Shown here one piece after another: positions 1 to 9,032 of a DNA stretch of 64,000 nt (position 1 is its first letter; every line of letters starts with the position of its first letter). Source of the stretch: Chloroflexota bacterium (GTDB lineage Bacteria > Chloroflexota > Dehalococcoidia > Lucifugimonadales > GCA-2722455); assembly GCA_002722455.1 (NCBI GenBank), contig PBMB01000001.1:43138-107137 (forward strand). The letters run 5' to 3'. A program made the translations under genes and the position numbers. The notes beneath the pieces were generated by a model that was not told the DNA's origin, did not search any database, and saw only the letters and a list, made by a program, of their open reading frames with translations.

Positions 1-1
1 T

Positions 2-469
2 TTTGTATTTATAGATGTTTATCCTGCGATTGAATTCGATGATAACATATCCATTAATAAATCTGATTTAAGAATTGATACTTTCCGTGGATCTGGTGCT
101 GGTGGTCAGCATAGAAATGTTACCGACAGTGCTATTCGATTAACTCATAAACCTACTGGTATTGTTGTTAAAATTGAAAACGAAAGAAGCCAACATAAGA
201 ATAAAAAAATGGCTTATGATATACTTGCGTCAAAGCTCTATGAACATGAAGTTAATAAAATAAATAATGAAAATGATAACAATAAAGGAAAAGATAGCTT
301 TCAAGATTGGGGTTCTCAAATTAGAAGTTATACTATTGAAAAAAATAGAATAAAAGATCATAGGACTAATATTTCTTTCAACTGTAATTTTGATTATTAT
401 TTTCATGAATTGTTAAATAAGATTTTCAACTATAATTCAAGTATATTATTCTCAAAAGAAATTAAATAA
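2..469 (+). CDS. prfB: Peptide chain release factor 2, C-terminal part (5' end lies outside the window)
   Basis: The reading frame is open from position 2. It translates to FVFIDVYPAIEFDDNISINKSDLRIDTFRGSGAGGQHRNVTDSAIRLTHKPTGIVV...WGSQIRSYT, showing the GGQ motif and an RF2-type C-terminus (compare E. coli RF2 ...KLYELE...WGSQIRSYV). Confidence 0.85.
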   Translation, partial: FVFIDVYPAIEFDDNISINKSDLRIDTFRGSGAGGQHRNVTDSAIRLTHKPTGIVVKIENERSQHKNKKMAYDILASKLYEHEVNKINNENDNNKGKDSFQDWGSQIRSYTIEKNRIKDHRTNISFNCNFDYYFHELLNKIFNYNSSILFSKEIK

Positions 470-531
470 TTAAAAGGTAGCAGGTGCTACCTTTCTTTTT
501 TATTTTTATATGGTAGTATTATAGTATATAT

Positions 532-933
532 ATGGAGATTATTATGAGCAACAAAGAAGATAAAAATTATGAAGAAAGTATTGGTAAATTAATTGCTGAC
601 AAAAATAGGCATAAAGAAGAACATTTAAGAGTAGAACAAGGTAATTTGCAGCTTGATGATAATACGCCTAAAACTACTGTTTTGAAGGGACGAAACTCTA
701 AGCCACGTGGTTCTAAGCCAGCGAAACAGAATTTAGATAATACAAGACAATATAATATTAAACCAGATAGTGCTGACGATGATTATGGACAATCTGTAAT
801 TGACTCAACAAGAAAAGAAATAGAAGAAAATAAAATTAAAGAGCAAAAAAAGAAAGATTTAGATAAAAAGAAAAAAAGAGAAGAAAAAATAAATCGTATT
901 AATCGAAGAGCAAACTTATTAAAAAGAAAATAA
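532..933 (+). CDS. Hypothetical, highly basic Lys/Glu-rich small protein
   Basis: ORF with a plausible start at ATG 544 (GGAG lies 6 nt upstream). It is followed by a hairpin plus T-run terminator at about 932-958. No recognisable domain. Confidence 0.45.
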   Translation: MEIIMSNKEDKNYEESIGKLIADKNRHKEEHLRVEQGNLQLDDNTPKTTVLKGRNSKPRGSKPAKQNLDNTRQYNIKPDSADDDYGQSVIDSTRKEIEENKIKEQKKKDLDKKKKREEKINRINRRANLLKRK

Positions 934-958
934 AGAACATTTGTTCTTTATTTTTTTT
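932..958 (+). terminator. Rho-independent terminator
   Basis: aaagaaca...tgttcttt stem followed by a T8 run. Confidence 0.55.
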
Positions 959-998
959 ATATTATTATACCAATAATAAGAATAAAAAGGAACAATGT

Positions 999-1817
999 AT
1001 GATTAAAAACTTTTTTAAAAAAAATCTTTGCTTTATTTTTTTCGGTATTATTTTTGTTTGGGCTTACCAAACTTTATCTTTGTATCCAGTAATTATTAAT
1101 AATATAAAACCTACTGTTTTCAATACAACAAATGAATTTGAAGTTAATTATTTGAATGTAGACAATAACAAAATTAAAACTATATTTTTTAAAAGTTATA
1201 AAAAAGACAGTCCTGTTTTAGTCTATTTCCACGGAAATTATGAATTAATTGATTATTATGTTGATTTGTTTAATCATGTTCGTAAAGATTATGATTTAAA
1301 TATATTAATGGTTGAGTATAATGGTTATGGTGATTCAGAAGGCTTTCCTTCTTTAAAACAAAATGAAATAAATTTAAATAAAGCAATTGAATATTATAAA
1401 GAAAAAGATTATCTTAAAAATGAATCCAATCAAGAATACATTTTTTTTGGTAGAAGTCTTGGGACAGCACAAGCATTAAACTTTATTTACAAAAATCCTG
1501 ATTATAAAAGCAAACTCATTATGCACTCTGGCTTTATGAGTCCTGTTGATGCGATAACTAATAATGAATATTTAAATCCTTATTTGTCATTAATGATTTT
1601 TGAAGACTATATGGCAGGTCATAAGATTAAAGCAATTGCTGGTTATGAAAATTTTAAGTCTGTTGTTATTATACATGGCACAAAAGATGATTTATTTGAT
1701 ATAAAAGTTGCTAGGAATATGAAAAAAGCTTTTGAGAAAGAGGATGTTAACACTCAATATATTGAATATGAAGGTGGACATAATTTTTTCTATGATTTTT
1801 TTGAAGATTATTTATAA
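999..1817 (+). CDS. Alpha/beta-hydrolase fold esterase/lipase family protein
   Basis: HG motif (VYFHGN) and a GxSxG nucleophile elbow (GRSLG), with a downstream Asp/His typical of the fold. N-terminal TM or signal segment. Confidence 0.6.
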   Translation: MIKNFFKKNLCFIFFGIIFVWAYQTLSLYPVIINNIKPTVFNTTNEFEVNYLNVDNNKIKTIFFKSYKKDSPVLVYFHGNYELIDYYVDLFNHVRKDYDLNILMVEYNGYGDSEGFPSLKQNEINLNKAIEYYKEKDYLKNESNQEYIFFGRSLGTAQALNFIYKNPDYKSKLIMHSGFMSPVDAITNNEYLNPYLSLMIFEDYMAGHKIKAIAGYENFKSVVIIHGTKDDLFDIKVARNMKKAFEKEDVNTQYIEYEGGHNFFYDFFEDYL

Positions 1818-1820
1818 TGA

Positions 1821-1850
1821 AAAAGGTTAAGCATTTGCTTAACCTTTTTT
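1821..1850. terminator. Bidirectional rho-independent terminator between convergent genes
   Basis: aaaaggttaagca-ttt-gcttaacctttttt: perfect stem flanked by A and T runs. Confidence 0.65.
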
Positions 1851-1857
1851 ATTTTCT

Positions 1858-3453
1858 TTAAATTGATAATTTTTCTTTTAATTTTTGAGCATAATCTTCT
1901 AAATCTGCCAAAACTGAAAGTTTAAAATCATCTCCTTCATTTTCTTTCTTTAAGAAATCTATATCAGCTTGAAATTCTTCAAATGTCATAGAATAATGAG
2001 AATCAGGATTAGTAATTCTTTCTTTACACATTTCCATCCACTTTTCATAAGCCTTCATATCCAAATCCTGTTCATAGTTTCTTGCTATAAATCTGAATAT
2101 CATTTCAGGCACTCTTTCTTTATCATCAAACTTTTTAGCTCTAATATTGTTTCTTAAATAATCCAACATTTCTACTGAATTTGTTTTTTTCAATAATGCG
2201 AAATGATTTTGGTCTGTTTTTGAGAAGAAACCACCTGAATATATTTGAGTATCTACATCTGGGTCTTTTTCAGGATAATCATTCTGAGAAAATACAGCTT
2301 CAATTTTTTGTTGAAGAACAATAAAGTTGTCTTTTATTTTTTGAATGTTCTCTCTCAATACATTGCCGTCAATACCTAAAGCAGCAGCAGTTTCTTTATT
2401 TAGTAAGTTTGAAGGTGCTAATACAGGGCATTGATTTATTTTTATTGTATGAAGTGGGATTCTTTCTTCTCCTTCTCCAATATAAATAACATTATTTGCC
2501 TCTTGTTTTTTGATTTTGTTTAAAATTGCTCTTTTATCACTAGGTAAAATAGCTTCTTCTGGTAGTTCAGGTTTTCTACTTTTAAACATGTTTGTTTTAA
2601 GTGTTTCTGCATCTTGTGTTAGTAATGAATCTAAATTTTTTGTAAGTTTAATGCAATAAACATTCATTTTGTTTGCATAAATTGGGTACAGAACTTCTAT
2701 AAAGTCTTGCTCTCCTCCAAAAAATGAATCAGCCATTAGAAATGGTTTAAAGTTTAATGTGTTTGAATATGCTCTTGGATCATATCCTTTAAATAAGAAA
2801 TCACCAACACCTTGTTTGTTTCTTTGTTTAAACTGTGACTCCCAAAATTCAGGTTGAGCATCTTTTATCATTTTAGCTAATGCTATCGTAGCTCGAACAT
2901 CAGATAAAGCTTCGTGAGCGTTTTCATGAATAATACCATTTGCTGGACTTAATTGATCAAGCTTAAATACTTTCTTTCCTGTTTCTGGATTTAATGGCAC
3001 ATTAATAATACCTGGATATAAAGCAGAAGCCATTCTTACAACATTTAATAAATCCCAACGAGAACATTGATTTGCCCATTCTCTTCTATATATGTCAATA
3101 AAGTTTCGATAATTACCATTTCTTGTGACTTCATCGTCAAATGAAATATTGTTGTAACCGATGCCGCAAGTTCCTGCCTTACCAAGTTCGTTATCTACTC
3201 TATGGAAGAAAGTTGTTTCATTAAGACCTTTTTTTTGCACTTCTGAAGGTTTTACACCTGTTACCATACAAGCCATTGGGTTTGGTAAACGATCTGGTGT
3301 CATTTTACAATATAGATCAACTGGTTCATCAATCTCTTCTAAATCTAGATTTGTTCTTACTCCAGCAAATTGAGAAACACCATCTAGTTGTGGGTTTGTC
3401 CCGAAAGTTTCATAATCATGCCAGAAGAAACTTGGTTCTACTTTTTTTACCAT
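1858..3453 (-). CDS. sbcB: Exodeoxyribonuclease I
   Basis: N-terminus FFWHDYETFGTNPQLD..QFAGVRTN, plus GYNNISFDDEVTRN and HENAHEALSDVRATIALAKM, are colinear with E. coli ExoI (FLFHDYETFGTHPALDRPAQFAAIRT...GYNNVRFDDEVTRN...HSNAHDAMADVYATIAMAKL). The 531-aa length also fits. Confidence 0.85.
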   Translation of the reverse strand: MVKKVEPSFFWHDYETFGTNPQLDGVSQFAGVRTNLDLEEIDEPVDLYCKMTPDRLPNPMACMVTGVKPSEVQKKGLNETTFFHRVDNELGKAGTCGIGYNNISFDDEVTRNGNYRNFIDIYRREWANQCSRWDLLNVVRMASALYPGIINVPLNPETGKKVFKLDQLSPANGIIHENAHEALSDVRATIALAKMIKDAQPEFWESQFKQRNKQGVGDFLFKGYDPRAYSNTLNFKPFLMADSFFGGEQDFIEVLYPIYANKMNVYCIKLTKNLDSLLTQDAETLKTNMFKSRKPELPEEAILPSDKRAILNKIKKQEANNVIYIGEGEERIPLHTIKINQCPVLAPSNLLNKETAAALGIDGNVLRENIQKIKDNFIVLQQKIEAVFSQNDYPEKDPDVDTQIYSGGFFSKTDQNHFALLKKTNSVEMLDYLRNNIRAKKFDDKERVPEMIFRFIARNYEQDLDMKAYEKWMEMCKERITNPDSHYSMTFEEFQADIDFLKKENEGDDFKLSVLADLEDYAQKLKEKLSI

Positions 3454-3529
3454 TGGTTTTATTCCTTTCTAATTCAATTCAATCTAAGTGATTATAGCAT
3501 TGATTTACAAAAAAATAAAGTCTTTTTTC

Positions 3530-4168
3530 TTATTTTCTAGCAATAAAACCACAAAAACCATAGCTTTTCCAAAATATTTCAACAAAAGAAAACATTGATA
3601 ATTCTTTTTCTATTTCTTTTGGTGTCTTTAATTTCATAACACTCGTTAACTCTTGTTGTTTTTGTAAAATTTCTTCATCTGTAAAATGTTCTCTTTTGTA
3701 TTTATAATAAATAGAGTTTGTTATGCTTTCAAGACAAGGATCGTTTGAATGTGTTTTTTCACATACTATGAAATACCCACCGTCATTTAAACTATCATAA
3801 GCTTTTTTTATTACTTCTTTTCTCTTGTGTCTAGGTAAAAACTGAAGAGTAAATATTGACGATATTACACTTGTATTTGTCGGAAAATCTATTTTTGTTA
3901 TATCAGACTTTTCAAAGTTGACTTCTGTTTCTAATTCTAATGGTAAAAGATTACTAATATCATATCCAAAATAATTACAACTTTTGTTTCTATCTAAACT
4001 AAGTAACAAAGAACCAGTGGAGCAACCAAGATCTAAAATGTTTGTCTCTGATTCTGTTAATGCCTCGATAAGAAATTTTAAATGATTACTTAAAAAATCA
4101 TAATTCGGAATTGATAGGTTAATATGTCTATCAAAATCTTTTATTTTATTAAAGTTAAAGTTATTCAA
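3530..4168 (-). CDS. cmoA: Carboxy-S-adenosyl-L-methionine synthase-like SAM-dependent methyltransferase
   Basis: SAM-binding motif I (ILDLGCSTGSLL). FDRHINLSIPNYDF, IFTLQFLP, CEKT and ILQKQQELTSVM align with E. coli CmoA ([20 protein letters not shown]...LNFTLQFL...SEKF...ISQKRSMLENVM). Confidence 0.55.
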   Translation of the reverse strand: MNNFNFNKIKDFDRHINLSIPNYDFLSNHLKFLIEALTESETNILDLGCSTGSLLLSLDRNKSCNYFGYDISNLLPLELETEVNFEKSDITKIDFPTNTSVISSIFTLQFLPRHKRKEVIKKAYDSLNDGGYFIVCEKTHSNDPCLESITNSIYYKYKREHFTDEEILQKQQELTSVMKLKTPKEIEKELSMFSFVEIFWKSYGFCGFIARK

Positions 4169-4297
4169 TTTACACCTCTTTTTTCTTCATTATATTACAA
4201 AATTAGAAAAAATGAAGCTTAAAACAATAAAAATTCCTTGAAAAAAAGTGAAGAATGTATTATAATTGGTTAAATATTTATAAAAGGATAAAAAACG

Positions 4298-6205
4298 ATG
4301 AAAACTAATGTTAATGTTGAAGCAAGGAGTTCTCAACGAAAAAAATTTAAAGGTGTTGTTAAAGGTACACGACAAAGATTCGGATTTCTAAACATCAATG
4401 GTCACAATGATATTTTCATTAAACCTCAAGAAATGGATAGGGTTTTTTCTGGTGATATTATTAATGTAACCGTTAATGATTACGGAACAGACAGACAAAG
4501 TGTTTCTATTGACGAAGTAGTAGATTCAAAATTTAAAACTTGTATTGGTATTTTTAAAGAAGACGATACAGGATCTTATGTTTTACCTGACAATTATGGT
4601 TTCAATAGAATGATTCGTATTCCGAGGTCTTACCGTCGAAATGCAGAAAATGGTGATTATGTTAAAATTGAAATTATTGAACATCCCTTTCAATCTAAAA
4701 AACCAAAAGCGAAAGTTATACAAGTGATAGGTAAACCAGATTCATTAGGGGTTGAAGCTGAGTATTCAATTGCGAAAAAAGGATTATCTACACGTTTGAA
4801 TCCTGCCATTCATGAAGAATGTGACAATCTAATTTCAAATTATGATAAAATCAATGACGGTCTAAAAAGAAAAAATCTAACAAAACTTAATTTTATTACA
4901 ATTGATGGTGATAATACTGTTGATATTGATGACGCTGTGTATGTTCAGAAACTTAAAAATAAATGGAAATTGCTTGTTGCTATTTCAGATGTTTCAGAAT
5001 TTATTGAAGAAAATAGCTTAATCGACAACGAAGCATATAATAGAACTTCTACAGTTTATTTGTTAGGTCGTACAATTCCGATGTTACCTTCTGAATTGGC
5101 ACACGAATATCTTTCTTTGAAAGAAGGTGAAAAAAAAGCTGTCTTAATTGCTGACATGACATTAGATCTTGACGGTCGATTAGATAAATATGAATTTTAT
5201 GAGGCATTTATTGAATCTAAATCTAGATTTACTTATAATGAAGTTGATAGTTTTATTGAAACTGGTCGATTAGACGAGAATAAATTAAAGCATAAAGAAG
5301 ACATTAAAAACCTTCGTGATCTTCAGGAGTTATTAACAGAAAAAAGAAAGATACACAGTGTTATTCCTGCAAAACGAAATGATTATAAATTTTTGCTTGA
5401 TGAAAATAAGCAAATTGAAAATATTGAATTTTTATCTCAACAAACTTCCTATAAGATTATTGAAGAAGCAATGCTGCTTGCCAATCGTTGTGCCGCAGAT
5501 TTTATTTCTGATAATAAACAAGGTGTCTTTAAAGCACAAGAAGGTATATTAGATTCTAAAAAGAAAATGTTATCTCAATATTTAAGACAACATATTTTCT
5601 TTGAAAATTCAATGTTCGAAAACTTTAAAGATTTTAAACATCTTTATAAATTAATTGAAAATAGAGAAAATTCTGAAAGTATTAAACAAGTTTTATCCTT
5701 GAATCTTAAAAAAAGTTATTATGTTACGGAAAAAAGAAAACATTATGCAATGGGTTTTGACGGATATACTTATTTTACTTCTCCAATTAGAAGATATGTT
5801 GATATTCTTGTTCATAGAATGATAAAGTCTAAAATCAATAAAAAGAAATACACTATTTCAAAACCAGACTATATTTCTCATTTCACGAAGAAAGAGAAAG
5901 ATATAAGGGAATGCTCTTTGTCCGTAGAACAATGGCTTAAAGCAAACTATATTGCAAAACATTCTGATATTGAATTTGAAGCTAAAATTATTAGCATCTC
6001 TAATTTTGGTTTACATATTAAAATTGGAATTAATGGAATTGAAGGTTTTATCCCAATTGGTGATCTTGGAGATAAAAAAGATGTTTTTAAAAAAAGTGAT
6101 TTAGAGATTGTTATTAACAAAAATAGTTTTAAAATCAATGATACATTTAATGTCAAATTAAAAGAGATTCAAGAAGAAGCCTCATTAGTATTTAAGAAAT
6201 TATAA
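4298..6205 (+). CDS. rnb: Exoribonuclease II (RNB family 3'-5' exoribonuclease)
   Basis: The N-terminal CSD-like region (GVVKGTRQRFGFLNINGHNDIFIKPQEM) matches RNase II (GVVKATEKGFGFLEVD...FIPPPQM). RNB catalytic motif ITIDGDNTVDIDDAVYV is present, followed by a C-terminal S1 region. 635 aa fits RNase II better than RNase R. Confidence 0.75.
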   Translation: MKTNVNVEARSSQRKKFKGVVKGTRQRFGFLNINGHNDIFIKPQEMDRVFSGDIINVTVNDYGTDRQSVSIDEVVDSKFKTCIGIFKEDDTGSYVLPDNYGFNRMIRIPRSYRRNAENGDYVKIEIIEHPFQSKKPKAKVIQVIGKPDSLGVEAEYSIAKKGLSTRLNPAIHEECDNLISNYDKINDGLKRKNLTKLNFITIDGDNTVDIDDAVYVQKLKNKWKLLVAISDVSEFIEENSLIDNEAYNRTSTVYLLGRTIPMLPSELAHEYLSLKEGEKKAVLIADMTLDLDGRLDKYEFYEAFIESKSRFTYNEVDSFIETGRLDENKLKHKEDIKNLRDLQELLTEKRKIHSVIPAKRNDYKFLLDENKQIENIEFLSQQTSYKIIEEAMLLANRCAADFISDNKQGVFKAQEGILDSKKKMLSQYLRQHIFFENSMFENFKDFKHLYKLIENRENSESIKQVLSLNLKKSYYVTEKRKHYAMGFDGYTYFTSPIRRYVDILVHRMIKSKINKKKYTISKPDYISHFTKKEKDIRECSLSVEQWLKANYIAKHSDIEFEAKIISISNFGLHIKIGINGIEGFIPIGDLGDKKDVFKKSDLEIVINKNSFKINDTFNVKLKEIQEEASLVFKKL

Positions 6206-6209
6206 CAGA

Positions 6210-6245
6210 AAAAGGGAAAGTTTCTAAAGCTTTCTCTTTTTTTAT
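6210..6245 (+). terminator. Probable rho-independent terminator of rnb
   Basis: Imperfect gaaag/ctttc hairpin followed by a T7 run. Confidence 0.4.
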
Positions 6246-6294
6246 ATTAATTTTATTTTAATTATCGCACTGACTAGCTCTATAATTTCAACAC

Positions 6295-6322
6295 AAAAAA
6301 AAGACCATTTATGGTCTTTTTT
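6295..6322. terminator. Bidirectional rho-independent terminator
   Basis: aaaaaaaagaccatttatggtcttttttt: 7-bp stem flanked by A and T runs, immediately downstream of the minus-strand gene 6325-6996. Confidence 0.65.
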
Positions 6323-6324
6323 TA

Positions 6325-6996
6325 TCAATTAACTTTCTTTTTCTTTTGTTCTATTATATTTTCTTTTACTTTTGCTTCATCTGGATTATCTTTATATAAC
6401 GGAATATAAATTGTTTGTCCTGGGTATATATAGTTCATCTTTATAACATTTTTATTGATTTTTACTAACGTTTTAATTCTTGCAGATATTTCACTCCAAG
6501 TTGGTTTATAATTTTTTGGATAAGTATTCATTAGTATTTTCTTTAAAGTATCATTCTTTTTAACTTTGTATTTTATTAAAGGTAGAAATTTCCCATTTTT
6601 CAACTTTACTTTAACTATTTTTGAATCATCGTTTAAAGACATTTTAATAGCCAAAGCAGCCTCTCTTATTTCTTTTTTAATATCACCATTTTTATCAAAT
6701 TCTAGCAAATAGAGCGTTTTTGTATCTTTTAAATCAACATAAAGTTCTTTTATAAGGTTTTTACGAATTTCTATTTGTTCTGAAGTTACTTTTAGATCAC
6801 CCAAATCTCTTTCTAGATCTGCAATTATTTTATTTAACCTTGCTTCATCTTTCTCACTATTTGCTATTTCTTCAATGTAATAATTTGTAATGTTGTTTAA
6901 TTTTTCAAGAGCTATATCTTTATCCGTCTTGTTGTCTGCAAAAACGTTTGTACTAAATATTGTGATTAATCCCAAAACCAACAATGATTTTTTCAT
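6325..6996 (-). CDS. Secreted hypothetical protein with a C-terminal LysM-like segment
   Basis: Signal peptide MKKSLLVLGLITIFSTNVFA. The C-terminal YKVKKNDTLKKIL...YIYPGQTIYIP resembles a LysM peptidoglycan-binding motif. 3-nt gap to the upstream gene, suggesting an operon. Confidence 0.45.
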   Translation of the reverse strand: MKKSLLVLGLITIFSTNVFADNKTDKDIALEKLNNITNYYIEEIANSEKDEARLNKIIADLERDLGDLKVTSEQIEIRKNLIKELYVDLKDTKTLYLLEFDKNGDIKKEIREAALAIKMSLNDDSKIVKVKLKNGKFLPLIKYKVKKNDTLKKILMNTYPKNYKPTWSEISARIKTLVKINKNVIKMNYIYPGQTIYIPLYKDNPDEAKVKENIIEQKKKKVN

Positions 6997-6999
6997 TTT

Positions 7000-7470
7000 T
7001 CATTCCTTCATATCATTTAATTCTAATGTATCCAATGTTACATCTAAGAACTTTTTAATCTTTTTGTCAACAAATACTTTTATTGTTTTGTTTATAATTT
7101 TTGAGAATCCAAAATCAACGCTTGCTTCGAGTTTTACTGCCAATATCGTTTTATCTGAATTTTCAGGGATTGCTCTAATTTTTAAATCTAATGATAAGTT
7201 ATCATCTTCTTCATTTATCGAATAAATATTTAACAACCCTTTTTTCTTATTTACTTTGTAAGTTAATGTAGTTTTTAAAAATAACTTTTTTCCCACTACA
7301 TTCTCTTCTTCTGTTTTTATTGCATAAACATTTTCTTTTACTTCTTTAAAAGTCTCTATCACAGAAGATTTTTCAGCAAGCTTATTTAAGTCAAAATCTA
7401 GTGCTGCTTGAAAATCTTCAATCTTATTATTAAAAACTCTTTTTTCCACAATCGTAAAATCTATACTCAT
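7000..7470 (-). CDS. Hypothetical protein (156 aa)
   Basis: ORF with a tight operon junction to 6325-6996. No recognisable motif. Confidence 0.4.
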   Translation of the reverse strand: MSIDFTIVEKRVFNNKIEDFQAALDFDLNKLAEKSSVIETFKEVKENVYAIKTEEENVVGKKLFLKTTLTYKVNKKKGLLNIYSINEEDDNLSLDLKIRAIPENSDKTILAVKLEASVDFGFSKIINKTIKVFVDKKIKKFLDVTLDTLELNDMKE

Positions 7471-7531
7471 TTTTAATTTCCTCTTAAATAAAACCCTATT
7501 TTACAGCATTATTATTAAAAAACAAGTTTTT

Positions 7532-8317
7532 TTAGTTCACACACTTTTGAAAATCTTTAATTTTTTCTTTGTTAGAACAAGATATAGATTTTAGATTTGC
7601 ATTTATAAAATCTTTTTTAACAGGGGCTAAACTTTTCTCTATGCAATAATAAATATTTTGTTCATGTTCATACTCTTCAGCACAATCTTGATATGCCTCA
7701 TTAAAATACCTTTCTCTGTTTTTTTTAAATATATTTTTTGCTCTTTCAAATGAAGCTGTTAATTCTTGAATTAATCCTAATAGTTCATTGTTCTGCATTC
7801 CTTGATTCTTAATTCTTTTTACACAAGAGGTTATATCTTTATTTGCTGAATCTGTATTAAAAAGACAATAATTTTCTATCCAATAATTTTTATTTTTTCC
7901 TTTTTCTAAAAACAAATAGTTATTGTAAAAACATTTACTTATTTCAATATTTGAATTCTTATTGCAATTTTTAATGTTTGTTTTAAAAGAAAGTTCTTTT
8001 AGTGGTGTTATATTTCTTTTTATTTCATACTTTGAAACAATCAATGGGTTGTATTTGTATGTTAAACAGTTTGATAAATGTTCTATATTGTTTGTTGATT
8101 CAAAACAATGTTTAATAATTCCACTTTCTCTTGCTTTTTGAATTAAAAACACTGCTTCTTTTTCACATTGTGATTTGTTATCTGAAAAAAAATCACAAAC
8201 TATACCAAGCTTTTTCTTATTGAAAACTTGGGTTTCTTCATTAGTGTTTGCGTTTGAGTTTGTTGCAAAAACTAATGAAATTAAACTTAGCAATTTAACT
8301 GTATTAAAAAAATTCAT
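7532..8317 (-). CDS. Secreted cysteine-rich hypothetical protein
   Basis: Signal peptide MNFFNTVKLLSLISLVFATNSNA and about 12 Cys residues. No known domain. Confidence 0.45.
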   Translation of the reverse strand: MNFFNTVKLLSLISLVFATNSNANTNEETQVFNKKKLGIVCDFFSDNKSQCEKEAVFLIQKARESGIIKHCFESTNNIEHLSNCLTYKYNPLIVSKYEIKRNITPLKELSFKTNIKNCNKNSNIEISKCFYNNYLFLEKGKNKNYWIENYCLFNTDSANKDITSCVKRIKNQGMQNNELLGLIQELTASFERAKNIFKKNRERYFNEAYQDCAEEYEHEQNIYYCIEKSLAPVKKDFINANLKSISCSNKEKIKDFQKCVN

Positions 8318-8529
8318 GTTCTTTTCCTTATTCTTATAACTATTTTATTGAAAAAAAAGATTTAAACAAGGAAAATGATAAAAAAATAATATTAATTCTT
8401 TTTTTTGCTTATTTTTTTTCTTTCTAAATTAATAAAACAAAGACTTTATTTTATTTTTTTTTTTTTAATATATTGATAAAAACGATTTTTAGATTAAAAT
8501 AAAACGTATATATTTTTTAAGGAGATTAT

Positions 8530-8973
8530 ATGTCTACTAAACACAATCAAAAAGGGCAAGTTAAGTGGTTTAGTCAAGAACGTGGATATGGGTATATCAC
8601 AAATAACGAAAAAAAAGATTTGTATTTTGGTGTTAAAGACATCGAAGGTGCAGAATTACCTGAAAATGGTGATATTGTTTTTTTTACTGAATATATTGGT
8701 AAAGAAAACACAAGTGCTGCCACTGACATTAAAATCTTTGAACGTAAAAACCCTAAATTGAAAAGAGTTCATTGTAAAGGCTGTGAAAGAAAAGTAGAGC
8801 CTAAACCTTGGTATTATGGCGGTTCTGATTACACAACTGTTAGTATTGTTTTGCTTTGTCCGTTTTGTGGGTATCGAATATCTAAAAAAGGCGGTGGTTT
8901 TAACACTTTTGCTAAAATTATACTTGGCGTTTTCGTTTTGGCTTTAAGTTTTGTTTTCTATAAAATAATTTGA
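8530..8973 (+). CDS. Cold-shock-domain protein fused to a CxxC...CxxC zinc ribbon and a C-terminal TM helix
   Basis: N-terminus GQVKWFSQERGYGYITNNEKKDLYFGV matches CspA RNP1/RNP2 (KWFNADKGFGFI...VFVHF). It is followed by CKGCERK...CPFCGYRIS and a hydrophobic tail ILGVFVLALSFVFYKII. AAGGAG RBS, with a long AT-rich 5' UTR typical of csp genes. Confidence 0.6.
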   Translation: MSTKHNQKGQVKWFSQERGYGYITNNEKKDLYFGVKDIEGAELPENGDIVFFTEYIGKENTSAATDIKIFERKNPKLKRVHCKGCERKVEPKPWYYGGSDYTTVSIVLLCPFCGYRISKKGGGFNTFAKIILGVFVLALSFVFYKII

Positions 8974-9032
8974 TTTTTTAGAAACTTTATAGTAAAATAA
9001 GTCTTCTAGTTGAATGGAGGCTTATTTTTTTT

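Noticed and set aside
1-20. prfB programmed +1 frameshift site
   Set aside because: The frameshift site is near the 5' end of prfB, which lies outside this window. Only the C-terminal half is present.
1969-6156. Short ORFs 1969-2157, 3161-3373, 3276-3491, 4190-4375, 5358-5552, 5947-6156
   Set aside because: All are embedded in or antisense to the well-supported genes sbcB, cmoA and rnb (or their promoter), with no RBS.
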